Shown here: piece after piece, positions 7,412 to 15,828 of the stretch | Position numbering within the stretch: the first letter of the stretch is position 1 | Layout: each line of letters begins with the position of its first letter | Assembly: GCA_964520805.1 (NCBI GenBank) | Contig: CAZFQH010000001.1 | Location: 1 to 35,079 of the forward strand | DNA from: an uncultured Acidobacteriota bacterium | Lineage (GTDB): Bacteria; Acidobacteriota; Vicinamibacteria; Fen-336; JAGNNV01 | Length of the DNA: 35,079 nucleotides | Direction of reading: 5' to 3' | Notes under the pieces: generated by a model | Database searches by the model: none | What the model saw: the letters and a program-made list of their open reading frames with translations, nothing else | Told to the model about the DNA's origin: nothing | Translations under genes and position numbers: made by a program

Positions 7412-10400
7412 ATGAAGTTCACGAAATCCTGGCGCCTCGCGATTGTGGCTGGCCTGATGGCCACCGTGAGTGTGGCGCAGGCGCGAATCGATGGGACGAT
7501 CGAGGGAAGGGTTCTGGACAGCCAGGGCCTCGCCGTGCCCGGCGCGACCGTGACGGTTTCGAGTCCCGCCCTCATCCAGACCGCGGTCGTCGTCACCGGT
7601 GCCGAGGGTCGCTATCGCGCGACACGGCTGCCGCGAGGCGTCTACTCCGTGCGGGTCACGATGGACGGCTTCAGGACCCGCGAGCTCACCGGCATCGTGC
7701 TTTCGGTTGGCAAGGTGCTAGTCATCGACCCCACGATCGAACCGGGCGGAACCACGGAGTCGGTCACGGTCGAGGCCGAAACGCCGGTGATCGACACGCA
7801 GCAGGTGAAGAACGTGCAGACGATCACGAGCGAGGTGATCGATCAGGTGCCCCTGAGCCGCAACCCGATCCTCGGCCCAACGCAACTGGCTCCCGGAGTG
7901 GTCGAGCGCACGTCTTCCGGATCGAGGCGCAACGAGACAAACTTTACGGTTGATGGCGCCAACGTGCAGGCCCCGGATCAGGGCTACTCGGAAGCGAACG
8001 TGAGCTGGGACGCGGTCGAGGAAATCGAGTTCATCACCACTGCCAATCCGATGGAAAACTACGGCGCGATCGGAGGCACGCTCAACCTCGTGACCCGGAC
8101 CGGCAGCAACAAGATGCAGGGCATGGCGTCGTACTACTTCACGAACCGCGGGCTGTCGCAGGTCCTGTTGCCGCAAGAACACTCGAACACGCTCCGGATC
8201 GGACAGCCGAGCCTCGCCGAGTACGAACGCGACCTGTCGCTACGTCTGTCGGGTCCCCTGCGCAAAGACCGGCTCTGGTTTGTCGTGAACTACCGTCTCT
8301 TCAAGGACGAGAAGGCCGGCACCTTCGTGCCGGCGACGATCAACGGAAAGCAGTTCGACAACTACGCGGCGCCGCTCGACCAAAAGTGGTACTTCGGCAA
8401 GCTCACCGCCCAGATTACTCCGAAGGTCCGCTGGTTCGGCAGCTACACCTACTCGGCGGGCGACGCGCCGCAGGAGCTCGCCTCGGCGCCGCCTCGCCGA
8501 ACGCTTGAAGCCACAAGGCACTGGGCGGCCAAGCAGCACACGGCATCGAGCCAGCTGACCTGGACGCTCTCGCCACGGACGCTTCTCGACGCGCGCTTCG
8601 GGATCTGGCGCTTCAAATACGACGGCACCTCCCAGGACGGGACCGAAGCGAATCCAGCCTACTTCGACGAGTTCAGCGGTTATCAGTACGGGCGCTGGAG
8701 CGGGGGCCGCGACGGCACCGACAAGCGCAACTACAACGCCTCGGCGGCGGTCACCCACTTCCTAGACAACTGGGGCGGCTCTCACGAGCTCAAGGCGGGC
8801 ATTGAGTACCAGAAGCTCAATGGCGGTTTCTACTTCTCGAGCGAGAACTCGATCGGCGAGTGGCGCACCTACCGCGACAACATCTACTACTACCGCGGCC
8901 TGCTCGGCCTTAGCGGTCCCGACCCGGTGCGCGGCGACGGCCTCCTGACCTTCCTGACCGCCTCCACCGAGGAACTCGGCAGCGGCGTACCCAGTCTGTT
9001 CGCGCGCTCTGGAGGCTTCGTTTCGGACGTGTGGCGAATCAACAGCCGTCTCACTTTGAACCTCGGTCTGCGGTACGACTCGACCAAGTCCCGAATCGAC
9101 GATGTCACCAAACCCGCCGCCGACCCGCTGGCGCAGGCGATCGGTCAGGCGGTATTCGTGCCGCGCTTTGGCATCAACCCCTTCGGTGCGCTCAGCTCTG
9201 CCGGTCAGGACAACCGGATTCCGTGGAGCGGCTTCTCTGGTCAGGTGGGAGCGGCCTTTGACCTGACGGGCGACCGAAAGACGATCCTCAAGGCCAGCGC
9301 TTCGAGTTACCAGGAACGACTGCTCGGCTGGCACGTCAATTTCGGCGTGCCGAGCGGACAGGCCAGCTTCCCGATGAACTGGTTCGACCTGAACGGCAAC
9401 GGCAGGCCCGATCTGCCGGGCACCGACCGCTACGTCCAGGCCAACAACGCGAGCCCCATCGCCTTGCAGGGCACGACCTGGCATCAGAACGTGGACCCGA
9501 ATCTCAAGACGCCCTACGTGCTCGAATACCGCCTCGGCATCGAGCGACAGATCGGCGGTTTCAATGTGGGCGTGGCCGGCATGTACCGCGATCGCAAGAA
9601 CCTGATGACCTCCCTTCTCTACGATCTCAACAGCAAATCGTATTGGAGCGACGCCAGCTCGGGCTATTGGGTTCCGTTCACCACCACCGTCCCGGCCGCG
9701 GGCACCAGCTTCCCGGCCACGCCGACGACGGTCTATTTCCAGAAGACGAACTCCCCGGCCGCATTCACAAGGATCACGAACATTGACGCGAAGGCGCGCT
9801 ACCAGGCGCTCGAAGTGACGACGAACAAGCGCTGGAACGGTCGCTACATGGTGGGTGGGTCGGTCGTGTTCTCGAAGAACTACGGCAACTATGAAGTCTG
9901 GGGAAATAACAACGGTCTCGGGCAGTTCCAGACCCCGAACTACGCCGTCAATCGCGGCGACTCGCGCGAGCCTTTCGACCGTCCCGTCGTGGTCAAGCTG
10001 TTTGGCAGCGTGAAGATGCCGGCCGAGGTGCGCATGTCTTATAACTTCTTCTACACCGACGGCGCGCCCTGGAACCGGACGGTGACCGTTCAGCCCCCGG
10101 CCGCGTGGGCCGCCGCGAACGGCGTCTCAACCGCGAGCCAGACGATCTGGGTCGAGCCGCGGGGCAATCGGCGCGACCAGGCGATCACCAACCTTGACCT
10201 CCGGCTCGAGAAACTGTTCCGTATCTCCGGCCGCCACGAGCTCGGCGTTTTCATTGACGCCTTCAACGTAACCGGCTTCTCCTATCTCACGTTCCAATCC
10301 AATCCCGGTGGAACCTGGTCCCCGACCGATGTGGGCGTGACCACCGGCACCTTCAGCCCGGCGTCCACCAGCGCGCTCAGTCAGACCGGCGTTCGAACGT

Positions 10401-10432
10401 TCCGTCTGTCGGTTCGGTATAACTTCAACTAG
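7412..10432 (+). CDS. TonB-dependent outer-membrane receptor with N-terminal carboxypeptidase-regulatory-like domain (intact, 1006 aa)
   Basis: ATG 7412 follows GGAGGG (7398-7403). Signal peptide MKFTKSWRLAIVAGLMATVSVAQA. The CarboxypepD_reg-like segment reads GRVLDSQGLAVPGATVTVSS...GRYRATRLPRGVYSVRV, and plug and barrel strings follow. The C-terminus (RLSVRYNFN) ends in an aromatic-type residue. Confidence 0.9.
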   Translation: MKFTKSWRLAIVAGLMATVSVAQARIDGTIEGRVLDSQGLAVPGATVTVSSPALIQTAVVVTGAEGRYRATRLPRGVYSVRVTMDGFRTRELTGIVLSVGKVLVIDPTIEPGGTTESVTVEAETPVIDTQQVKNVQTITSEVIDQVPLSRNPILGPTQLAPGVVERTSSGSRRNETNFTVDGANVQAPDQGYSEANVSWDAVEEIEFITTANPMENYGAIGGTLNLVTRTGSNKMQGMASYYFTNRGLSQVLLPQEHSNTLRIGQPSLAEYERDLSLRLSGPLRKDRLWFVVNYRLFKDEKAGTFVPATINGKQFDNYAAPLDQKWYFGKLTAQITPKVRWFGSYTYSAGDAPQELASAPPRRTLEATRHWAAKQHTASSQLTWTLSPRTLLDARFGIWRFKYDGTSQDGTEANPAYFDEFSGYQYGRWSGGRDGTDKRNYNASAAVTHFLDNWGGSHELKAGIEYQKLNGGFYFSSENSIGEWRTYRDNIYYYRGLLGLSGPDPVRGDGLLTFLTASTEELGSGVPSLFARSGGFVSDVWRINSRLTLNLGLRYDSTKSRIDDVTKPAADPLAQAIGQAVFVPRFGINPFGALSSAGQDNRIPWSGFSGQVGAAFDLTGDRKTILKASASSYQERLLGWHVNFGVPSGQASFPMNWFDLNGNGRPDLPGTDRYVQANNASPIALQGTTWHQNVDPNLKTPYVLEYRLGIERQIGGFNVGVAGMYRDRKNLMTSLLYDLNSKSYWSDASSGYWVPFTTTVPAAGTSFPATPTTVYFQKTNSPAAFTRITNIDAKARYQALEVTTNKRWNGRYMVGGSVVFSKNYGNYEVWGNNNGLGQFQTPNYAVNRGDSREPFDRPVVVKLFGSVKMPAEVRMSYNFFYTDGAPWNRTVTVQPPAAWAAANGVSTASQTIWVEPRGNRRDQAITNLDLRLEKLFRISGRHELGVFIDAFNVTGFSYLTFQSNPGGTWSPTDVGVTTGTFSPASTSALSQTGVRTFRLSVRYNFN

Positions 10433-10452
10433 CGGGTGAAGCCCAGGGCCGT

Positions 10453-10478
10453 GGACGGCTCCGCTTGTGGAGCCGTCC
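10453..10478 (+). promoter_or_regulatory. Intercistronic perfect 10-bp GC-rich stem-loop (possible attenuator or mRNA-stability element)
   Basis: GGACGGCTCC (10453-10462), loop GCTTGT, GGAGCCGTCC (10469-10478). It lies 21 nt after the TBDR stop and 40 nt before the next start. There is no U-tract. Confidence 0.5.
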
Positions 10479-10518
10479 GCGTCCGCCGACCGTGGGCCGA
10501 GTGCCTGAGGGACCCCGT

Positions 10519-11379
10519 ATGCTCCGCTCGATGCGACTCGACGCCCATCAGCATTTCTGGCGTTACGACCCGGCGCATCATGCGTGGATGACGGACGCGA
10601 TGGGTACTTTGAAGCAGGATTACCTTCCTGAAGACCTGGCCCCGCTCCTTCAGGCGACTGGATTCGAGCGAACGATCGCAGTGCAGGCGCGCCAGATGAC
10701 CGAAGAAACCGAATGGCTGCTCGCTCTCGCCGACCAGCACACGTTCATCCACGGCGTCGTGGGCTGGGTGGACCTGCGTTCGCCCGACCTTGGGGCGCAG
10801 CTCAGAAGGTTCGGCGCGAACCCGAAGCTTGTGGGCGTACGCCACGTGGTCCACGACGAACCCGACGAAGACTTCATGCGGCGGCCCGATTTCCGTCGCG
10901 GGATCGCGCGCCTCGCGGACGCCGGTCTCACCTACGATCTGCTGCTGCGTCCCCCGCACCTCAAGGCGGCGATCCTCCTGGTCGATGAGTTCAAACACCA
11001 GCCCTTCGTGCTCGATCACATCGCCAAGCCCGGGGTCGGGGAAGCGTCGGTCTCGCCCTGGAAGGAGGATGTGTGTCGTCTTGCCGAACGACCGAACGTG
11101 TTCTGCAAACTCTCCGGCCTCGTCACGGAGGCCGATTGGAACGGGTGGCGGCCCGACGACTTCCGGCCAGCCCTTGATGTCGTGTTCGAGGCGTTTGGTG
11201 CCGAACGACTGATGATCGGCTCCGATTGGCCGGTCTGTACGCTGGCCGCGGACTATGCGACCACGATGGGTGTCGTGATGGATTTTGTGCACGACCTTAA
11301 AGCGTCAGAGCAGGCCTCCATCCTGGGTGGGAACTGTGCGCGCTTCTACGGCCTGACCCAGATCGAGGAGGCTGCATGA
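10519..11379 (+). CDS. Amidohydrolase-2 family sugar lactonase (L-fucono-1,5-lactonase-like)
   Basis: ATG 10519 follows GAGGGA. The strings RLDAHQHFW, CKLSGLVTEADW and GSDWPVC match my recollection of the COG3618 lactonase group that includes L-fucono-1,5-lactonase. Confidence 0.75.
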   Translation: MLRSMRLDAHQHFWRYDPAHHAWMTDAMGTLKQDYLPEDLAPLLQATGFERTIAVQARQMTEETEWLLALADQHTFIHGVVGWVDLRSPDLGAQLRRFGANPKLVGVRHVVHDEPDEDFMRRPDFRRGIARLADAGLTYDLLLRPPHLKAAILLVDEFKHQPFVLDHIAKPGVGEASVSPWKEDVCRLAERPNVFCKLSGLVTEADWNGWRPDDFRPALDVVFEAFGAERLMIGSDWPVCTLAADYATTMGVVMDFVHDLKASEQASILGGNCARFYGLTQIEEAA

Positions 11380-12467
11380 GCCGGATGCTTACCGCCGTGT
11401 TGCACGGACCGCGGGACTTGCGCGTCGAGGAGCGCCCGATCCCGGAGCTCGAGCCCGGCATGGTGCTCGTGCGGGTTCGTCGGCTTGGCCTCTGCGGCAC
11501 CGACGTTCACTACTTTGAGGAGGGGCGGGTGGGAGCCTTCGTGGCCTCGGCGCCCTTCGTGCTGGGCCATGAGTTGTGCGGCGAGGTGGCGGCCGTAGCA
11601 GATGGGGTCCAACGGCCGAGGGTGGGCGACCGCGTGGTCGTGAATCCGGCCCGACAATGCGGGCAGTGTGAGTTCTGTCGGGCGGGTCGCGGCAACTTGT
11701 GCCTCAACATCCGGATGTTGGGTAGCGCCAGCACGCGTCCTCCGACGGACGGCGGTATGGCCGAGTACCTGAAGGTCGGGGCGGAGCAGTGCTACGTGAT
11801 GCCCCCGCAGATGGACGACGGTATCGGCGCCCTCATGGAGCCTCTGGCGGTGGCGCTTCAGGCCCTTCACCGGGCCGGTTCAGTCGCCGGCCGTCGTGTG
11901 CTCGTGTGTGGAGGCGGCCCCATCGGCCTTCTGATCGCGCTCACCGCACGCGCGTTTGGCGCTTCGACCGTGGCCCTCACCGACCCAGTGCCCGAGCGCC
12001 GGGAGCTGGCCCTCGCGATGGGCGCCGACGTGGCCTTCGAGGCCCTGTCCGCTGATCTCCCCAATCAGGGCGTGTTGCCGATCGGAGCCGGGATCGACGA
12101 GGGGTTCGAAGTGCTGTTCGAAGCCTCGGGCGCCGGGGCCGCGACCGAGCAGGCGTTCGAGCTCGCGCGGCGCGGCGCGACCATCGTTCAGGTCGGCTCG
12201 CCCCTGGAGGCGCGAACGCCGCTTCCGCTCCGGCAGTTGCTCGTGAAGGAGCTGCAGTTTGTGGGATCGTTCCGTTACGGGAACGTCTGGGAACAGGCGA
12301 TCCGCCTCGGGGCCTCTGGACGGCTGAACCTGAAGCCCCTCATCACCCACGTGCTGCCGTTCACTCAGGCGCGCGAGGCGCTGGAGCTGGCGGCGGCGCG
12401 GGGGGCTGCCCTGAAGGTTCAAATCGATATCGGTTCAAGGAATCAGGGAGGTATGGACCACCCATGA
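11376..12467 (+). CDS. Zn-dependent medium-chain dehydrogenase/reductase (sorbitol / L-idonate dehydrogenase-like)
   Basis: ATGA start/stop overlap with the upstream gene; GAGGAGG Shine-Dalgarno (SD). Catalytic Zn context CGTDVH...GHE, structural Zn cluster CGQCEFCRAGRGNLC, and Rossmann motif GGGPIG. Confidence 0.85.
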   Translation: MSRMLTAVLHGPRDLRVEERPIPELEPGMVLVRVRRLGLCGTDVHYFEEGRVGAFVASAPFVLGHELCGEVAAVADGVQRPRVGDRVVVNPARQCGQCEFCRAGRGNLCLNIRMLGSASTRPPTDGGMAEYLKVGAEQCYVMPPQMDDGIGALMEPLAVALQALHRAGSVAGRRVLVCGGGPIGLLIALTARAFGASTVALTDPVPERRELALAMGADVAFEALSADLPNQGVLPIGAGIDEGFEVLFEASGAGAATEQAFELARRGATIVQVGSPLEARTPLPLRQLLVKELQFVGSFRYGNVWEQAIRLGASGRLNLKPLITHVLPFTQAREALELAAARGAALKVQIDIGSRNQGGMDHP

Positions 12468-13444
12468 ATACGGCGACCGAAGTCGCTCCGCGAACGAGCA
12501 CCGCCCTTCAGTACCGTCCGCTCGGCGCTACGGGGATCAACGTCTCCAGCCTGAGTTTCGGGGCCTCCTCCCTCGGCGGGGTCTTTCGCGAAGTCCACGA
12601 GGCCGAAGGCATCGCCGCGGTCCACACCGCGCTGGATCTCGGCATCAACTACTTCGACGTCGCGCCGGCCTACGGCGGCACGCGAGCGGAGACCGTGCTC
12701 GGTCGGGCCCTTCGTGGCGTGCCCCGCGACCGGTTCTATATCTCGACCAAGGTCGGGAAGTACACGAGCCCGACGAGCTACGGCGAGGACCATTTTGACT
12801 ACTCGCGCGAGCGGATCCGCGCTTCCCTCGACGAGAGTGCCTCTCGCCTGGGAGTCGACTACTTCGACATCGTGCACCTGCACGACATCGAGTACCAGGG
12901 TCGTCGCCATGTGGAATGGGCTCTTCGCGAGGGGATCGAGGCGCTGCAGGAACTGCGGCGGGAGGGCCGGATCGGCGCCATCAGCTTCGGCATCCACCCG
13001 ATGGACCTGTGGCGCCGTGTACTTGCGGACTGCGACGTGCAGGCCGCCCTCGTCCACAACCACTACTGCCTGAACGACACGCGGCTGCTGGAGCTCCTGG
13101 CCGTGGCGACCGCGCGCAGGATCGGGATCATCAACGGCTCTCCGTTCGCAAGCGGCCTGTTGACCGATCGCGGGCCGGCGGCCTGGCACCCCGCAGGCGA
13201 GCCCGACCGCGCGCTGTTTCGGCGCGCCGCCGAGCACTGTGCCAGTCGTGGCACGAGCATCAGTCAGCTTGCGCTCCAGTTCGCAAGCCAGCATCCGCAG
13301 ATTCCGACCACGCTCTTCAGCTCGGCGAGCGCCGAGTCGGTTCGCCGCAACGTCGCCTGGCACACTCAGCCGGCAGATCCCGAGATCGTGGCCGAAGTCA
13401 TGGAGATTCTGCGCCCGGTGCGCGATAAAGACTGGAACTACTGA
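12464..13444 (+). CDS. Aldo-keto reductase (L-fucose / L-galactose 1-dehydrogenase-like)
   Basis: ATGA overlap with the upstream stop. AKR strings are present (LGATGINVSSLSFGAS, GINYFDVAPAYGG, HLHDIE). It sits next to a lactonase, as expected for sugar 1-oxidation. Confidence 0.8.
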   Translation: MNTATEVAPRTSTALQYRPLGATGINVSSLSFGASSLGGVFREVHEAEGIAAVHTALDLGINYFDVAPAYGGTRAETVLGRALRGVPRDRFYISTKVGKYTSPTSYGEDHFDYSRERIRASLDESASRLGVDYFDIVHLHDIEYQGRRHVEWALREGIEALQELRREGRIGAISFGIHPMDLWRRVLADCDVQAALVHNHYCLNDTRLLELLAVATARRIGIINGSPFASGLLTDRGPAAWHPAGEPDRALFRRAAEHCASRGTSISQLALQFASQHPQIPTTLFSSASAESVRRNVAWHTQPADPEIVAEVMEILRPVRDKDWNY

Positions 13445-13465
13445 AGTGATGTGAGGGAGGCGAGC

Positions 13466-15025
13466 GTGAGCAAAAGAAACTGGCGGCTCTTGGTGGCCCT
13501 GGGCTTGTCGGCGTGTGCGCTCGCTTCCGCGCCGGGATCCGTGGCCGCTGGTTCGGGCGCGCCCCCGCGGCCTCCAAACGTCGTTTTCATCCTCGCCGAC
13601 GATCTGGGTTACGGCGACATTGGAGCCAACAACCCTCAGTCCCGGATTCCCACGCCGCACATCGACCGCATCGCGCGCGAGGGGATGCGCTTTACCGACG
13701 CCCACTCTCCGGCTGCCGTGTGCACACCGAGCCGCTACGGCATCCTCACCGGACGCTACGCGTGGCGGACCTGGCTGAAGCAGGGCGTGGTCGGGGGCTA
13801 TACGCCGCCGCTGATCGAGCCCGACCGGCCCACCGTCGCATCATTCCTCAAGCAAAACGGCTATACCACCGCGATGATCGGCAAGTGGCATCTCGGTCTC
13901 GGCTGGGTCCGCGCGAACGGTTTCGTGGGAACCGCGGCGAACGCCGAGCAAAACGTCGCCGGGTCATGGCAGGACGGCGAGGCCGCAAAGGGCATGAATG
14001 TGGATTTCGATAAGCCGGTCAAGGGCGGCCCGCGGGACCTGGGCTTTGACTACGCCTACTTCACCGCGGCCTGTCCGACGATGGACGGTCCCTTCACGTT
14101 CATTCGGAACGATCGCCCGACCGCGCGACCCGACCGGAAGATCTTCATCGACCCAAAGGCCGAGGAGGAGTACGGCCGCCCTCGGCCTGGGTGGATCGCA
14201 CCCGGCTTCTCGCTCGAAACCGTGGATATCGAGTTTGTGAACGAGGCGATCTCGTTCATGCGGCGCAGTGTCGCCGAGCAACCGGGGCGCCCTTTTTTCG
14301 TTCACTTGTCCTTGTCTTCGCCTCACACCCCCTGGCTCGTTCCGACCTTTGCCCAGGGTGCTAGCGAAGATGGGCCGCGCGGGGACCTCGTCACCGTCGC
14401 GGACTGGGCGGTGGGAGAAGTAAGGGCAGCGCTTGATCGACTCGGGGTGTCCGGCGATACGCTGCTCATCTTTACGAGCGACAACGGCCCGCACCCAGGC
14501 ATCGATGAACATGCCTCCGCCGGCGCCTTCCGCGGGTACAAGTCGCACACCTGGGAAGGAGGTCATCGCGTCCCCTTGGTCGCGCGCTGGCCGGGCCACA
14601 TTCCTGAAGGTGTCCTAAGCCCCGAGCCCGTCGAGCTCACCGACCTCATGGGCACTCTTGCCGGCGTTCTCGGCCGGGATCTGCCGAAGGACGCCGGACC
14701 CGACAGCTACGACATCTCGCCCGCGCTCTTCGGCCAGCGGCTGGGACGGCCGATCCGCGAGGCGATCGTCTCGCACTCCGTCAACGGCGCGTTCGCGATC
14801 CGCCAGGGCCCGTGGAAGCTGATCCTCGGGACCGACGGATCGGGCGGCTGGGTCCCTCCGGCCGACAAAGCAGCGAGCCCCGACCGTCCCGGCCAGCTCT
14901 ACAACCTCGATACGGATCCGGGTGAGCAGAAAAACCTCTACGCCGACCGTCCCGAGGTCACTGCGCGTCTGCGCGATCTTCTCGCCTCCTATCGGGCGAG
15001 CGGGCGCAGCCGACCGCAGCGGTAG
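13466..15025 (+). CDS. S1-family (arylsulfatase A-type) sulfatase, Cys-type
   Basis: I chose GTG 13466 because GGGAGG lies 6 nt upstream; the track start is 13451. A signal peptide is present. Strings include NVVFILADDLGYGD, the formylglycine motif CTPSR, and GKWHLG. Confidence 0.9.
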   Translation: MSKRNWRLLVALGLSACALASAPGSVAAGSGAPPRPPNVVFILADDLGYGDIGANNPQSRIPTPHIDRIAREGMRFTDAHSPAAVCTPSRYGILTGRYAWRTWLKQGVVGGYTPPLIEPDRPTVASFLKQNGYTTAMIGKWHLGLGWVRANGFVGTAANAEQNVAGSWQDGEAAKGMNVDFDKPVKGGPRDLGFDYAYFTAACPTMDGPFTFIRNDRPTARPDRKIFIDPKAEEEYGRPRPGWIAPGFSLETVDIEFVNEAISFMRRSVAEQPGRPFFVHLSLSSPHTPWLVPTFAQGASEDGPRGDLVTVADWAVGEVRAALDRLGVSGDTLLIFTSDNGPHPGIDEHASAGAFRGYKSHTWEGGHRVPLVARWPGHIPEGVLSPEPVELTDLMGTLAGVLGRDLPKDAGPDSYDISPALFGQRLGRPIREAIVSHSVNGAFAIRQGPWKLILGTDGSGGWVPPADKAASPDRPGQLYNLDTDPGEQKNLYADRPEVTARLRDLLASYRASGRSRPQR

Positions 15026-15062
15026 CGCCCCCGGCCTCGGAGGCGATCAACCCTCCTTTCTC

Positions 15063-15191
15063 GGGTCACCTATCGCGATGGATTCCTAAACGCACGATTC
15101 ACACCTTTCCCGAAAACAACTCATTAGGCACATTCTTGAGAATCCAAACGATCGGCCTTGATCAAGGAGGGGTCAGAAAAAGGCATGCATT
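15063..15191 (+). repeat. Degenerate third copy of the TBDR upstream region (5' ~130 bp only)
   Basis: GGTCACCTATCGCGATGGA (15063-15081) matches GGTCATGAATCGCGATGGA (7110-7128). GGTCAGAAAAAGGCATGCATTG (15170-15191) matches GGTCAATAAAAGACATGCAATG (7216-7237). The spacing between the two landmarks is about the same as in copy 1. Confidence 0.55.
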
Positions 15192-15468
15192 GAGCCCCGA
15201 GGCGACCGCCGCGACCAGTCCACCAGCAACCTGGATATCCGCCTTGAGCAGCTCGTCCGTCTTGCGAGCCGCCACGAGATCGGGTATTCGTCGATGCGTT
15301 CAACGCGACCGGCTTCTCGTACCTGAACTATCAGTCGAACCCGGGAGGCACCTGGGCACCGACTAACATCAATGCGATCACGGGCACTTACAGCCCGGCG
15401 TCAACCGGCGCCCGCAGTCAGGTGGGCGTGCGGACCCTCCGGTTCGGCGTTCGCTACAGTTTCAACTA
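15191..15468 (+). pseudogene. TonB-dependent receptor remnant (last ~90 codons only, with a 1-nt frameshift near 15281-15283)
   Basis: Translates as EPRGDRRDQSTSNLDIRLEQLVRLASRHEIG / VFVDAFNATGFSYLNYQSNPGGTWAPT...VGVRTLRFGVRYSFN*, collinear with the C-terminus of 7412-10432 (EPRGNRRDQAITNLDLRLEKLF...GVFIDAFNVTGFSYLTFQSNPGGTW...RYNFN*). There is no start codon or barrel upstream. Confidence 0.8.
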
Positions 15469-15828
15469 ACTCCCGGCAAACCCCTGTGCTCCTCAGATGA
15501 GGCGGCAAACCAGTGGCTGGGCTCTGACGGAGGAAACCAGTGATGGAACGGTATTCGGTCAACCTCGGTTCGCGTGGAAGGTGTTCCCCCCCAAGCGGTT
15601 GGTCCTATTGGCCAACCGCGCCGACCGGGCTCTCTTCGCTTCGTCGCGTTGCGCTCGCTGCTAGTTCGAGCGAGGCATTGGCAGCGTAACTTGCGTCCAC
15701 CCAGGCGGGGTCCGTCTCGGCGTAGACCGTCGTGATGCCGCCGCCCTTCAGGCTCACGATCAGGAAGGCGCGGCCGTCGCGGCCGCGCGAAAGCCGCTCG
15801 ACCAGCACCTCGTCGGGTCCCGCGAAGC

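Larger units (their letters stand above)
7101..8257 (+). repeat. Segmental duplication, copy 1 (TBDR upstream region + 5' third of the TBDR gene)
   Basis: Aligns by eye with 24144-25337. The upstream part shares only motif islands, while the coding part is near-identical in long runs. The start motif GGTCATGAATCGCGATG (7110-7126) recurs at 24153-24169 and, in degenerate form, at 15063-15081. Confidence 0.8.
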
